Source: Carpediemonas membranifera BICM (lineage: Eukaryota > Protista > Fornicata). Taken from it: a DNA stretch of 64,000 nucleotides. The notes under the pieces were generated by a model. The model had not been told where the DNA came from, did not search any database, and worked only from the letters and a program-made list of their open reading frames with translations. Of this stretch, positions 10,964-23,600 are shown one piece after another. Each line of letters starts with the position of its first letter. Position 1 is the stretch's first letter. Both the position numbers and the translations under genes were made by a program. Location: contig JAHDYR010000028.1 of NCBI GenBank assembly GCA_019828565.1, positions 134,300-198,299 of the forward strand. Direction: 5' to 3'.

Positions 10964-12305
10964 TTACAACAGCTCGGCGTCCATTGCAATGGAGAGCCGC
11001 TCCCCCAAACCCGCCCGGGTGTCCGCGTCGGCCACCTGGCACCGCTGCAGCACCGTCATCAGTGTGCTCTCGATCGTGGGGAACGCCTTCGACCCTGAGA
11101 ACCGGGGGCAGGGCTTGAGCTTGCCCTTGTCCAGCAGGTCCGGCAGCAGTGGTACTAGGTCCGCATTGACGCTGCTCTCGCCAAACCGACCCACGACGAG
11201 CAGGGCACCGTAGAACCCGTCCCTCGGCCCGGCGAGCAGGGCCTCTCTGACGAATTCAAAGGCGGACTCCTGCATCTTCGGGTACTTCCCGCCGTACTGG
11301 AAGAGCACCTCCGCCAGCATCTTGGCGGCCTCCTCCCTGACGTCTCGGCCGGTGATGTCCTCGGGATCGTACGGCCCCAGCGTCTCGGTGACAACCATCG
11401 TGACCAGTGCGGGCAGCACCTCCTGCAGGCTCGACTCCAGTGGGGGCCGTAGCGATGAGTTGGCCCAGACGGCCGCGAGGAGGCTACAGGCAGCCCTAAT
11501 GGGGAACAGGTCGTCCGCGAGATTCTTCATGATCGTCGCCAGGGCCTCTCTGACGATGAACGGGACGCTGTCCGACACGCGGTGCGTCCTCAACTCCGCA
11601 CAGAGCTTGGGCAGCGCCGCCTCGACCTCAGCCCGCTTGGACTCGTCCGCAAGAGGCTTGAGCGCGTCCTTCACGCGATGCAGGAACTCCTGGGACACCT
11701 GCGGCATGACCCGCGCCCTGTGGAGGATGTACGACAGCCCGTGCTCGGCGTCCGTCAGCGCCCCCCGGGCTCCCTGGGTCACGGGCGGGTTCGCGTCAAA
11801 GTCCTCGGGCAGGATGGTCTCGACAATGTCGTTCTGTGCCCGCTCTAGGGCCTCGACGGAGACGTTCTCGTTCGTGGCGGGCATCTTTCCCGTCACCGCG
11901 AGCCAGTGGACTGATAGAGATGGCTCCGCAGGACGCCGCGGGTCTGAATTGAGCAGCTCGTTGATGTTGACGACGTCGTCTGCCACACAGTACGTATCCC
12001 CGTTCCCGATCGTGCGGTAGCGGGACGAGCGGGATGATGGTCCCAACACAACGTTCATATTGCGGGTCTTCAAAGCTTCGTTCACATCGTCAGCAGTTAG
12101 CTTGTTGTCTGGTGACTGGTACGCAAAGCGCCGTGCAAGCTGCGTGAATAGGCGCAGAGATACAAACAGAAAGGACATTCGCCAGCCGGAACTGAAGCTC
12201 GTCTGCCATAATGGACGCGACAGCGTCGTCTAGCTCTGTAGGAATAAACTCAGACGCAACATTTTGAGCTAGCGCCGTGAGCGCGACGCTCCGGTGAGAG
12301 GACAT
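10964..12305 (-). CDS. TAF6: TFIID subunit TAF6 (intron 12140-12167)
   Basis: Histone fold (DELQFRL..KLTADDVNEALK), HWLAVTG motif, HEAT-like C-terminus; 28-nt GT-AG intron joins the frames. Confidence 0.85.
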
Positions 12306-12730
12306 AGCAATCGTGGTGCACTTTATGTCAAGTCGCTTTTCCGCCTCTGGAACCTGTTGTCCCTGCATATGTGACTGGTATTGACCCGGCTCCCCGGCGA
12401 CACCGCGATCGAGTGGTATTTCCGGGGTTTTCCAGACACGGATCAGCGCGGTTATGACCGGTCTTGGGTCACCCTGTCATGGTGGAGTCGGTCACAGTCA
12501 GCACGACTTGGGGAGGGAGACGTGACACAATCGAGGTCAGAGAGCATCGCTAGAGTGTGGCAACAACAACACCAGAGCCCAAGACCCAGCTTCGGTCCCC
12601 GGCCCAGGTCACATCCGCCACCTGAAAGAACATGGGAAGAAGGGAAGAGAATCCATCCTGTCGGTGCTGTCACAGTTTGAAAAAATATCAAAAACAAAAC
12701 TATAAAGCTTTATACACAGCCGTAAATGCT

Positions 12731-13333
12731 CTAATCGAGCCTGTTGACAACAACCTTAGCTTCCCTCACCACCCGCTTCTCGCCGCCGACCTCCATCTCA
12801 TATCCTTCAGCAACAACAGCGAGCACCTCGCCGTCCTTCTTGCTGGGGTCCTTGATGATGGACAGTGCATGCTGTGTGCTGGGGTCGAACAGGCTGCCCA
12901 GGCTCTCCACCCGCCGAACACCCAGCCTCTCCAAGGCCGCCTTCATTTGACGTTGGGTGGTTCCAACGCCGTCCGCAAAAATTTTGGCGGTCTTAGCAGG
13001 GACCTTCTTGCCCTTGGCGATCTGCGGGGGGATGGATTCGAAGGCACGGTCGAGATTGTCGGCCACCTCGAGCATGTTCTTCAGCACCTTGATGGCGCCT
13101 TCCTGCTTGGCCTCAGCAAGCGCTTCCCGGTTCCTTTGGGCGGCGTTGCGCTGGTCGGCAATGGATCTGAGCAGCTGGTTCTTCGTATCAGCGAGTTCTT
13201 GCTGGCAAGCAGCGAGCTCGTCAGAGATGCTCGCTGAAGTTTCCTCTACAGTCGAATCGAAGCGAGGAAACTGGATCCCACTGAAAATAGAGCTCTGCAG
13301 GGCAGGACGGAGTGAAACAAAGGTGCTCAGCAT
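12731..13333 (-). CDS. grpE: Mitochondrial-type GrpE (Mge1) with N-terminal presequence
   Basis: LLRSIADQRN, LEVADNLDRA, FDPSTQHA, GYEM..RVVREAKVVV; Ser/Arg-containing leader with no acidic residues. Confidence 0.9.
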   Translation of the reverse strand: MLSTFVSLRPALQSSIFSGIQFPRFDSTVEETSASISDELAACQQELADTKNQLLRSIADQRNAAQRNREALAEAKQEGAIKVLKNMLEVADNLDRAFESIPPQIAKGKKVPAKTAKIFADGVGTTQRQMKAALERLGVRRVESLGSLFDPSTQHALSIIKDPSKKDGEVLAVVAEGYEMEVGGEKRVVREAKVVVNRLD

Positions 13334-13469
13334 CTGTTGGGTCCCTCGAAAATGAAGTCGTCAACGATGCCGCCCGACTCATGCCAGTCAACAACAGCCC
13401 AGCATGGCGAGCGCATTGGGAGCCTTTACCTTACTAACATAATAACATAAACATCACATCACATCCCCC

Positions 13470-14037
13470 TCACTCGTACATCTCGCCCGGCCCCGAGGCA
13501 ACGGTCACCGGGGCATTACTCGCAGCCAGCTGCCGCCTGAGCTCCACGATCTCGTCCAGCCTGGCCTTCGCAACGTTGTCCAGCTCCGCCACCATGTCCG
13601 TCTGATCGTTGTACAGCCCTAGGATCCGGGTCGCCTTGGCCTGGGCTGTGTCTCTTGCCGTCAGGGCGGCAGCGAGCTCTGAAGCTGGGACGAGTTGGTC
13701 GCTTGGGAGTGCCGAGAAGTCAATGGGCGGCTCGGGCTCGGGATCGGTCTGTATTGCGCAGTGGACGCAGGGTGCGGATAGGAGTGTCTGTAGTTTGGCC
13801 CTCTCGTCCTGCAGATACTCCACTTCCTGTGCTGCTATGCGTACTTGTGATGTAAGCTTTGCTCTCAGCTCTTCAACTTCACTCCTGAGCGTTGAATTTT
13901 GGTGAACCAACGCCTCGTTCTTGGTTTCAAGATCTCTGAAGTTAAACAGACGTTCAATTGTCAAATCCGGGTCCAAACCGATAGTCTTTCCACGGAACTC
14001 TCCTTCTGTATAGCCACAATAGCTTCCTTCGTCCATG
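13470..14037 (-). CDS. Hypothetical coiled-coil protein
   Basis: ~188-aa ORF from first ATG with heptad-rich segments. Confidence 0.55.
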
Positions 14038-14264
14038 CGAGCTGCCGCAGCGCGTTTTTTGGACCTATCCTGCACAACGAAAATCTCGAGATTGAGTCGA
14101 TATACGATCAGTAAACCTTAGCCATAGCTTTAAATGATGCTAATATACTCATTCCGCGCCCTCCTTCTGGCTGCCACACCCTGGCTTTTGACCAGCATGC
14201 TCCATCCTCGTATTATTCATAAATGCGTCATCAGCGCAGTAAGTCCACACCAATGCATTTCTGC

Positions 14265-15671
14265 TCAGAGCAACCCGACCAACACCCGGATCAGCGTGTA
14301 CAACAGCCCCAACACCGCCACGACGGCGACTGTCACCAGTGCTAGTGTGACCAAGAACGACGTCCGAACGGGCAGAGAGCCGTCTCTCACGATCAACTCC
14401 ATCTGGTCAAGCTGCCGCTGGATCTGCCCCAGGTGGGCCATGATTCCCTCGAGCGAGGGCTCTGTCTTCGACATTCGCACAGTCGGCCCCAGGAGCGCGT
14501 CCTCGCCGCCATCACCCCGCATCATCCGGAGACTGCTACCAGCTGGAAGCATGGGATCAGTCTGCCCGGCTACACCATCCTTGGCAATCCGGGAGAAGAC
14601 ATGGCTGGCCCGACGTGGTCCAGGGGGGCTCCGGCCCGGCGTGGCGGGGCTGACGTGGAGGCTGGCCAGCCTCAGGCGGGGGTCGACCACGGGTGACGTG
14701 CCGTAAGCGTTGGACCCCTCAGCCTCGCTCAGCACGCTGTGGATGCGGTTGACGAGGATGGAGGAGTCGTCCAGCCGCATCAGCTCGCGGTTGACTGCGG
14801 CGACCACGCCCTTTTGTAAATCCAACAGGGCCGACCGCTGCTGCTCAAACAGCTCGTTCTGGGCCTCCAGTCTGGCCACATCCCCCGTCGCCGAGTCGAC
14901 CTTCTCACTCAGCTCCCTCACCGCGGTCAGGGCGTCGAGCTGCCGTCGGAGCGTCTCCATGTCCCGCCTCGAAGCTTCCAGCGCCTGCCTCAGAGCCTCG
15001 TTCTCCTCTATAGCGGCGGTCTGGGCATCTCTAGTCTGGTCCAGCTCGGCCGTCACGGAGCTGAGGGTGCGGGACAGGCCGTCGAGCTTCGTCTTATACC
15101 CTGCCGCTTGGCCATTGTTCACCTCCATGGTGTCCAAGGCGTCGGCCAGGGCGTCTCTGTCCTCTCGAAGCTCTGTCACCTCCTTGTAGAGCGCGGACAT
15201 CCTGTCTGATAGAGCTGCGGATCTTGACGCCATTGAGGGCCTTCGGGACTGGCCAATGGTCGAAAGAGCCGGGGTGGCGCTTGTTATGCGCTCGCGATCA
15301 GGCGAGAGTGCCGCCTCCGAGATAACGCCGGGGTCGTCCTCGTCGCCGGCAGGTCCCATGTCTCGGAAGATCGAGAACACGGCGTAGATGTCGATGGAGG
15401 CCTCATTGTCGGGGAACAGGCGGCTAATTACGCGGCTGCGATCCGATTCGGAAAGGATAGTTTCGAGGAACAGCTCTAGCTTCTGCCTTTGAATCCGGCC
15501 GTCCTCGTCGGTGACATATGCTAGTTCTTCGGCAAACTCTTGGAAGTCCGGATCATGTGCTCCGCCTGCATCTCCTAGTTCTGCTCTTGTCATGTGAACG
15601 CTCTCCATTGCTGATGACGGTGCGTGCTTTCCTGACAGCATGGTATCCAAAGTTCGCGGGGTCTGTAGCAT
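14265..15671 (-). CDS. Coiled-coil protein with EF-hand-like N-terminus and C-terminal TM anchor
   Basis: DEDGRIQRQKL loop, long coiled coil, hydrophobic terminal helix. Confidence 0.6.
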   Translation of the reverse strand: MLQTPRTLDTMLSGKHAPSSAMESVHMTRAELGDAGGAHDPDFQEFAEELAYVTDEDGRIQRQKLELFLETILSESDRSRVISRLFPDNEASIDIYAVFSIFRDMGPAGDEDDPGVISEAALSPDRERITSATPALSTIGQSRRPSMASRSAALSDRMSALYKEVTELREDRDALADALDTMEVNNGQAAGYKTKLDGLSRTLSSVTAELDQTRDAQTAAIEENEALRQALEASRRDMETLRRQLDALTAVRELSEKVDSATGDVARLEAQNELFEQQRSALLDLQKGVVAAVNRELMRLDDSSILVNRIHSVLSEAEGSNAYGTSPVVDPRLRLASLHVSPATPGRSPPGPRRASHVFSRIAKDGVAGQTDPMLPAGSSLRMMRGDGGEDALLGPTVRMSKTEPSLEGIMAHLGQIQRQLDQMELIVRDGSLPVRTSFLVTLALVTVAVVAVLGLLYTLIRVLVGLL

Positions 15672-15805
15672 CTACAGCCGTGTCATGTTGTATCTACTAC
15701 ACTGCCGCCAACACATAGCACGCTGGCTTCATATCAGCACATCATCCTGGACACGGGCAGCAGGACCTCCCCAAGCCCTGAAACCCTCTCACCTTTATAG
15801 CAACA

Positions 15806-17380
15806 TTACTCGTCCTTCTTCTCGGCCTCGACCTTGGCAGGCAGTGGCGGCACTACCATGGTAAACAGCATCCCCCCAACGAAGATGATGGCCGATGCAA
15901 ACCGGGTAAACTTCAGATATGCGACACAACGCTCCCATGTGAGGTAGTAGAACAGCGGCATCTGTAGGTAAATGAAGCTCATAGTCGCGACAGCGGTAAT
16001 TACATGATACACGTAAATCAGCCGGCCTCTGGTAGCAAAGAACGGCCGGAAGACCGCGCTCATCCGCCGGGCGAGGTTGGTGAAGAGGGCGGACGACAGG
16101 AAGAAGATGTAGAAGCCCGGCTCCCATCCATGCCATATGGCGCTCGTGGCGAAGGTCGCAATCGTCGCGATCATCTTCACATGCTTCCCAAAACGCCGTT
16201 TGATCATTTCATTTCTTCTCACGCCGGAATAGACGTAGGATGCGAGGAAGAAGCCGATGCCGGCATTCCAGTGGGTGGTCATCATCGCCATGCTCGGCGG
16301 GAACTGGGTAAGCAGCCACGTGTAGTTGGCCCCCTGTCTGAACTCGAACTTGGACCATACCCTGGCCATGGTGTGCCGCCGCCCGCTGTACGTCAGCCCG
16401 CTCATCGTCGAGGCGCCGTGGGCCAGGCCCCAGACAGAGTAGTACTTGGCTTTGATGAGTTCAATCGGGATGATGTGGTAGCGGACGATTCGCCAGAGCA
16501 GTGGTGTGGCAAGGTATGTCGCGTGTTGGGCATGGTAGGGGAGCATCGGGTCGGGCGGGAAGAAGGAGAAGAGCACCCAGAAGGCCATAAGACACACTCC
16601 CCAGATCATGTAAATGAGGCCCCAAGCGATCGACTCGAGGCGGAGTCTGATTCGGTCCTTCTTGGTCAAGCCCTCGAAAGAGCGGCCCGACGCGAAGGAT
16701 GCGTATTCTGCGAATGTGAAGAAGGGCCCGACGATAACAGACCCGTAAAACATGCTGTAGCCCAGGAAGGCAATGAGCGACGGACACTTGGCCAGCGGGG
16801 CCTTGATGCGGCCATACGGCCCGACCGGTCTTGGCTTGACAGCGAGCTCATCGGCCGTCATGTCCGCCCCCCGGGCAACGTCGAAGGCGAGGGAGGAGAG
16901 ACGGAGGGCGAGGATCATGGGGGTTCCCGTGAAGTGGAGGTTGTCGATGGAATGGGGGTGGTAGAGGCGTCGAGCCTGCTCCCAGGACTGGTAGGCGAAG
17001 GTGAGGACGAAGATCAGCCAGCTCATGCCGGTCGGGGTCAGACCCAGGCGGCGGGGGTTGAGACGGAGCAGCAGGTAGACGATGCAGATCATGAGCCATA
17101 CGTTCAGGACGAGGGGACCGTAGGCAAAGGCTGTCAGGGCGGCGCCGACGGTAACATTGTACAGATGATGAACGGTAGGCCTCTTATCCGGCAGGAATTG
17201 ATGAAAGAAGGCGAAAACGTATGCTAAAAGAAGCGATGCGAGCATACGGACGTCGTACGGCGTCACAGAGATGGACTCGGCGAAGTTTGCAAATAAATCG
17301 TTCAATGCGGAAGGCGAATAGCACCATTGATCCAACCAGTCCAAGTAGACGTGAAATGGGTTCATACTGAGCTGTATCAT
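15806..17380 (-). CDS. MBOAT lysophospholipid acyltransferase
   Basis: Multi-TM; GPFF, HWN and SAIWHGWEPGFYIFF (catalytic His); start at ATG 17380 or 17365. Confidence 0.9.
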   Translation of the reverse strand: MIQLSMNPFHVYLDWLDQWCYSPSALNDLFANFAESISVTPYDVRMLASLLLAYVFAFFHQFLPDKRPTVHHLYNVTVGAALTAFAYGPLVLNVWLMICIVYLLLRLNPRRLGLTPTGMSWLIFVLTFAYQSWEQARRLYHPHSIDNLHFTGTPMILALRLSSLAFDVARGADMTADELAVKPRPVGPYGRIKAPLAKCPSLIAFLGYSMFYGSVIVGPFFTFAEYASFASGRSFEGLTKKDRIRLRLESIAWGLIYMIWGVCLMAFWVLFSFFPPDPMLPYHAQHATYLATPLLWRIVRYHIIPIELIKAKYYSVWGLAHGASTMSGLTYSGRRHTMARVWSKFEFRQGANYTWLLTQFPPSMAMMTTHWNAGIGFFLASYVYSGVRRNEMIKRRFGKHVKMIATIATFATSAIWHGWEPGFYIFFLSSALFTNLARRMSAVFRPFFATRGRLIYVYHVITAVATMSFIYLQMPLFYYLTWERCVAYLKFTRFASAIIFVGGMLFTMVVPPLPAKVEAEKKDE

Positions 17381-17641
17381 TGCTTGTAGCCAGCAGCAAC
17401 CAGCTTTTTCACAATTTTGTCGGCGCAGCGGAAATGAGACTGTCGCAGATCTTGTCAATATTGAGCTAGATTGTGTCTTTTTCCTGGATCCTGCCGACCG
17501 CTTCCTATTGAATTTTCTGGCAGACCCAAACCTAGGCAGAGTAGTCGTAGTAGAAGAGGATTAGAGTCTCAGTACAACTGTCCAGGGGGAGCAGATCAAA
17601 TTAGATGGTTGATGCTCTTTATAACACTTCAATACCATGCT

Positions 17642-18831
17642 TCATGACCGTATGATGTTGGCTCTGGTCCACGCTTCAATGGCCGCCACGACCCCGGGCT
17701 TGACGTTGAAGCGGGGGTCGGTCGGCCCGACGCTGTTGCTGGCATCGCCGTAGACCCGCGCCCCAGGCAGCATCTGGGCCATGGACAGGCCGCACAGGTC
17801 GTAGCAGGTGTGGTAGGCGTCCCGGCTGCAGTCGGGCTTGTCTAGGAGCCCGCCGCCGGGGCACTGGCAGGCGGCGAGGAGGTACCTCTGCAACGCCACC
17901 GGGTCGGTGATGGTGGAGTATCCGTGCCGGGCCAGCACGCCGCACGCCATGCCCAGCCAGGTCGAGTAGCAGCCGTCAACGACCTTGTTGGTGCGGCCGT
18001 TGAACCCGCCTTCCTCGGTCTGCCGATAGACCACCCACCGCTGTAGCCTGGCGACGTCCAGGCCACCGAGGTCGCCCTTGATCAGGTCCAGTGCTGCTAG
18101 ACCCAGGCCCGTGAAGGAGCCGTGGGCCTCGAGCCCGGGAGCGGCAGCAAGGCCGCCCTCGTACGTCTGGCAGGAGAGGATGAAGTCAACCACACCAGCT
18201 TCCAGCTCTGATGTCCAGATACCGGCGATCTTTCCGGATATGACCGCAGCGTAGACTGCCCGCATGTCAATCTCGCCATCAGGCTCCATGCGATACGACC
18301 CGTCCGGCATGTGGACCGAGGATAGATACGAGTATAGCCCAGGTCTGTCGATCAGGTCGAGCACCGGCACGCGGGTGTGAGGGGAGACGATGACGAGGGT
18401 CGTCAGGGCGCTGTACGTAGTGATCGTGTGTGCGCCACAGGAGAGGTGACCCTTGAATCCTCCGCCCGGGTGTTGCAGCGCCAGTATCGTCTTCGCGATG
18501 TCTGTGGCCGTATCTTCATCGAGGGCGTCCAGAGCGTCGAGGGCGCGGCTGATCCAAAAGAGGTTGAACGGCCGAGCCACTGAAAGGGAGATGAGGTACT
18601 CGGGCTGATCAGTGTACAGCATTCGCTTGAGGTACGCGATTGTGTCCGTTCTGTTGAGCTTGATACTGTGTGAAGGCTTATCGAAAGGCAAACGTCTGTT
18701 CAAGCTCCGGCGTGCCGATGAGAGGCCGAATAAAGCGCATTACGAGGTCATTGACCTGCGTTATCACGGATATGCTGGAATAAACAAACCCTCTTCGCCT
18801 CTATCGTCGTCGGTGTCGCCTCGCTCATCAT
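17642..18831 (-). CDS. FNTB: Protein farnesyltransferase beta subunit (introns 18756-18789, 18666-18693)
   Basis: GEIDMRAVY, CQTYEGG, EAHG, GRTNKVVDGCYS, DAYHTCY prenyltransferase motifs; spliced N-terminus MMSEATPTTIEAKR. Confidence 0.9.
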
Positions 18832-19103
18832 TTGCCCTCATGCTGTCAGCAACAAGATCGTGAAGCACAAGGAGAAGGGGCCAGAGGACACGGTCACCAT
18901 GGATTTGTACCACAAGATCGAGAGCCTCTTCCACCACTTTGCCTTTAGTGACCTACCTCGCCTTTAGTGACCTCCCCGCGGAGATCCAGCTCAAAGCCAG
19001 TCACCAACTCATCAAACCAATGCTTATCGGACTCATGAAGCTGATGGTGCCCCTGCTGGAGCGCCCTGTTCAATTGTGCAGGTTTAGCCAAAAAATTGGA
19101 ACA

Positions 19104-19949
19104 ATGTCGGCGTCGGAGTTGGCCGCCATTGTCCGGGATGAGATGAAATCTACTGGTATTTATAGCGAGCTGCAGGCGCAGCTCCGAGCCTACGTGTATT
19201 GTATTGCTGAAAAGGGAAAGAATGTTTCTCGTGAGCCAATTGAGCTTGATCAGAACGATGAAATGATCGCTGTCATGATCATGGACTGGCTAGACGCTAA
19301 AGGCCTGAAGAACACTAAGAAAGTGATCTCAGTTGAGCTTGACAGTGAAAGCCTGCCAACAGCCGAGCAAGTCCGCGCTCGTCTGCCTCAGTCCGCCACC
19401 CCGACCGAGCCCTGCCTCATACGGGCCATGCTATCCTCAAAGAAGTCCGCCCCGGCCGCTCTCGGCCAGGCTGCCCCCTCGTTCAGCGCCACGTCGCTCT
19501 CCGGCCTCTCTGACCTGAGTACGAGCTCAGTCCAGCGCGAATCGCCTAAGTCTCCGGACATCCGGACTGAGATGAGGCCGGAACTTGCTCAGATGGAGAG
19601 CACGAATGGAATATACCAGCTGACTATCGGCATCGGTCTCGATAAGCCGAGCCTGCCCGACCTGTCGAAGGGGGTCACACCCAACCCGAGCAAGTCGCTC
19701 CCCCCGCTCAGCGGCGGGCCTATGGGCCGTGGGAACCCTCTGGCTGGGTCCTTGGACAAGAGTGCGGACGGCCTCAGCCTGTCGTCTGCCGGCCTCGACG
19801 TCCTCCAGCAGGTTAAGCGGCCTGCAGTGACATATACTGCACCTGAGAAGGAGGAGGAGGAGGATGGGATCGACCTGGAAGGGGAGCTTGAGGACTTCAG
19901 CGACCTCGACGACATCGAGTTCGAGGATGACTTCGAGGACGACAAGTAG
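19104..19949 (+). CDS. FOP/FGFR1OP(CEP43)-like LisH basal-body protein
   Basis: ELAAIVRDEMKSTGIYSELQAQLRAYV and LisH-like MIMDWLDAKGLKNTKKV; acidic tail. Confidence 0.7.
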   Translation: MSASELAAIVRDEMKSTGIYSELQAQLRAYVYCIAEKGKNVSREPIELDQNDEMIAVMIMDWLDAKGLKNTKKVISVELDSESLPTAEQVRARLPQSATPTEPCLIRAMLSSKKSAPAALGQAAPSFSATSLSGLSDLSTSSVQRESPKSPDIRTEMRPELAQMESTNGIYQLTIGIGLDKPSLPDLSKGVTPNPSKSLPPLSGGPMGRGNPLAGSLDKSADGLSLSSAGLDVLQQVKRPAVTYTAPEKEEEEDGIDLEGELEDFSDLDDIEFEDDFEDDK

Positions 19950-20661
19950 TGAGGTTGGTGTTTGATCATGTTCGACTGCTGTTTGCTGAGTAAATAGACA
20001 AGCCTGCCGTCAGTCAGCTTCAGAAAGACAGCTACGCCCTCAGCCGCTGTTTCATCCCTCTATGTCTGCCCAACGGCATTGTACCAGACAGTCTCATCAA
20101 CGGCCAGCAAATCATCGTCCTTTCTCATGAGGGGCAGCATCAGATCAATGGAATGACAAGTGGCGCCACAGGGCATGTGTTGATCACCGAGAATTGTCGC
20201 TCCTATCGCATGTCGAGATGAGATGCGATCAATTTCCTAAAAGTGCACACAACATTCTGAACATCTCCATCATCGATTTTAGGACGACGACACCGAGATA
20301 CTGAGACAGAGGGCCACCTGCCCTGCGGCCGGCATGGCGCCATCACAGGCTCTTGAGTATCTCAGCGCGTCCACGACCAATTCGATCAGTGCCCGGTCTC
20401 GACGGCACCTGCTGCATCTTGGTTAGCTGGGATCCCGTGACCAGGCTGACTCATCTCATATCTCTCCGGTCCAGCCGATGTAGCATGGGCTCTATCCATG
20501 CACATCATCGCGCGCTGAGCTTGATTCAAGTGCGACAGGGGCGACTCAGCCTTCCGTGCTTAAGGCCTTCAACACGATGTGGCGCTCTATTCATGGATAT
20601 TGGCCTCATCCGAGGTAAAATTTAAGATTTCTACACGCGGTGACTTCACTTCACAAAACCC

Positions 20662-23600
20662 TCACCCTTGCGCGACAATCCGCAGCAGGCTGGCTGCGAC
20701 GTTGTCACCGTCGCCCTCATGAAGAGAGTCCAATTGCCTCAGGAGCTCCACCAGGGCCTCTGGGGCGGGCGTCCCTGCAGTAGCAGCAACCAGGGCCCGA
20801 CACGTGGCCACTGACCACTGGATCATCGCCACCCGGTCGGCCGACGCCACGCCCTGGAGGGCGGCGGCCATTGCATGCATCAAGGTCTCGTCCAAGAAGG
20901 TGCCTGGATGTGCTGGGCCAAACAGACGAACCAGCAGGGCAATCGTGTGCAGGGCGTGGAGCTGCAGACTTGGGTTGGCCAGGCATGCCACGAGCGGGGT
21001 GAATGCATCCAAGATCTGGGTCTGCCCTGTCAAGATACACTGTGACCGCTGCCTGAGGCCGTTGTCACCAACACCATCGAGCACTGCAGAGAAGAATGCG
21101 AGGATCTCTTCCAGCACGGACACATTCCTCGCTTCGTTCGGGTCGGGGTCTGTTTCAGTAGCTTTAAGCACATCCACCATGAGGGCGGCCAATAGTCGGC
21201 AGATCTCCCTCGTCTGCAGCAGTTCTCTGCGGATATCCCGGTTTGCTAGGGCAATCCGGAGAATGAGCACGACGTCGCTGTGCAGGTGCGGGTGTGTCGC
21301 GTGGCAGAACCCAAGTAAATCTGTAAACACGAGTCGGCTGTGCTGGGCCAGCTCGTCGAGCACGCTCCCGTCCAGAGCGATGCATCGTGCAAGGAGGTGG
21401 GTGCCGATCTTAGGAATCGGGCTATGATCGTACAAGAGCGGCCTGAACACGGTGAGCATGTGTTCCTTGACGAACTTGACCACGACTGGCATGTTTCCCC
21501 CGTCCGCGATGACTGTATTAAGGGCCATCAGCAGGCACGACGCGTAGTGGTAGCGGGTGGCAGGGATGGGGTCTTGGCACAGGGAGAACACCAGCGCGGG
21601 CAGGAACTGGCCGACAGCGAGTGCCATGTCAAACGTGGTGACCTGGGCTGTCACCGCGACACACAGCGACTTCACCATGTCAAGGGCGTCGTCAGAGATG
21701 ATGGGCGTGTTGGTGTTCGGGAGAACTTGGATCGAGAGGGGCAGAACGACCGCGAGGACCTGGAGCATAGAGTCGCACGAGAGATGGGGGCGCAGGTCGG
21801 CGCGGTCGAACGCTGGAGAGAGAAGGCGCGCCTTTTCAATCTTTTGATTAATTGTCACCATTTTGTGGTCATTCCGGATCTCGGATAGGATCTTGCTGAA
21901 AGTCTGCTCCGCCAGCAGCTGGATCTGAGCCGCGAGGAACACGGCGCAGTGGCCGACATAAACTGCACTGTCGAACATGGCGATGCCGTAGATGGCGCAT
22001 GCCCTCTTCGTGAGCAGAGGCTCTATCGACGTCGCAGGCATCCCTCTGATCATCTGTCCGCACGCCACCAAGGCCTTTCCTCTGAACAGGGCGTGCGAGT
22101 GCTCAGTGAGCTTGAGGACTGAGTCTGCGAGCACCTTGTCGCCCGCCAGGAGGTTAACTATGCGCTTGGGCGGGGATCCTGTGCTGAAGACGGCGTTGAG
22201 TATGTTGAGGGCGGCCAGCTGGACCCTAGGGTTGTTCTCAGCGAGGAGCCCGCTGATGGGCAGCACATGCAGTTTCTCCGCAGCAGCATGGATCAGCGCC
22301 GGGTTATTCAAGCCGTGTCGCCCCACAGCGCTGAGGGCAGCAACCCTTCTGTTCGTCTCAGCGGTTGAGTCACCCGGGGTAGAGATAAATCTTCCCATGG
22401 CCACGATGACGGCTGGGGTGAAGAACGTGGCCGTAGCCGCGTGGGGGGTCCACACGGCGATGTTCTCGATGGCCCTGCAGATGTAGTGGGAAACCACGAC
22501 GTCGAGGTCGTCGACTCGGTCGAGGAAGGTGGGGATCATAGAGGGCGGGATGCTCTGCCGGTCGGTGCGGCTACCAAGGTAGAACAGAACCTCGGCCAGG
22601 GCAGCGGTGGCCATCCTCCGCAGCCCCTGGAGGTTCTTAGTCGTCGCCGTCTGCAGCGCTTCGAGCAGTGCGAAACCGACCTCGCTGTGGGCCGAGCTCG
22701 ACGTCCGTGCTTCAGCTCTGAACAGCAGCGACAGGACGCAGCAGACCAGGGACCGGGTCGACGGGTCTCTATGCGCTCTCAGGAGCCGCGCCAGGTGGCT
22801 AGGCAGGGGCGAGGAGATCAGAGCAGACGCGACCTCCACAGACTTCAACAGATGCAGCACCAGGGCCAGCACGGGCTTGTGAGAGTCTGACAGGTCTCTG
22901 ATGTCCAGCATGGTGATCACACGACCCGTCCACGCTTCAAGGTCACCGGCGCTCATGCGGGCGAGCTCGGCTGCCGTGGGAGCGTCAGCAGCAAGGTGGT
23001 CATACGATATCTTCGCGTATCTGTCAATCTGCTTTGTCAACACAATGGGTCGCGCCTTGAGGTCCTCCGCGACCCTGAGCAGTGGCTCGGCGTCAGGGGG
23101 GGCCTGAAAGTCGTCCTCGGGGATGGCAGACATGAACATGCGCGTCTCTGTCTCCGTCGTCGGTGTCTCGGGCGGAAGTATGCCGGAGCCTGACTTGCGG
23201 TTTGAAAGAATCGCGGCAATCTTGGACAGACGGTGCTGTACCGCGTGTGAATCAGATTCATCAAATTTCTGAGCGATCCCCCTGTATCTCTGATACATTG
23301 GCTCAGGTGGCAATGCCCCCAACTTCAGTGGTTCCCCAAAGAAGGGATGGATTGCCAGGGCGGGCCAAGCGAGCCGCTCTCTCGGGTCACGGGACAATAG
23401 ACCAGTCAGCAGACTCTTGAAGTCGGCGTCAGTTCCTGCTGGGATGTCTAGGGGGCAAGTGAGTGTGTTTCTAGCGGCTTGAAGCGGGGTGTCGGATACC
23501 GTGATGAAGGGGTGACGGCCGAACGCCATGTAGTAGAGCAGGATACCCATAGCCCACAGGTCGGTCTCGTATGACGGCACGCCTTCCCTGTCAAGAAGCT

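Noticed and set aside
19950-20660. Longer intergenic gaps (also 12310-12730 and 33500-34350) as possible RNA genes
   Set aside because: No tRNA, snRNA or snoRNA hallmark could be supported by eye; an Infernal/Rfam scan would be needed.
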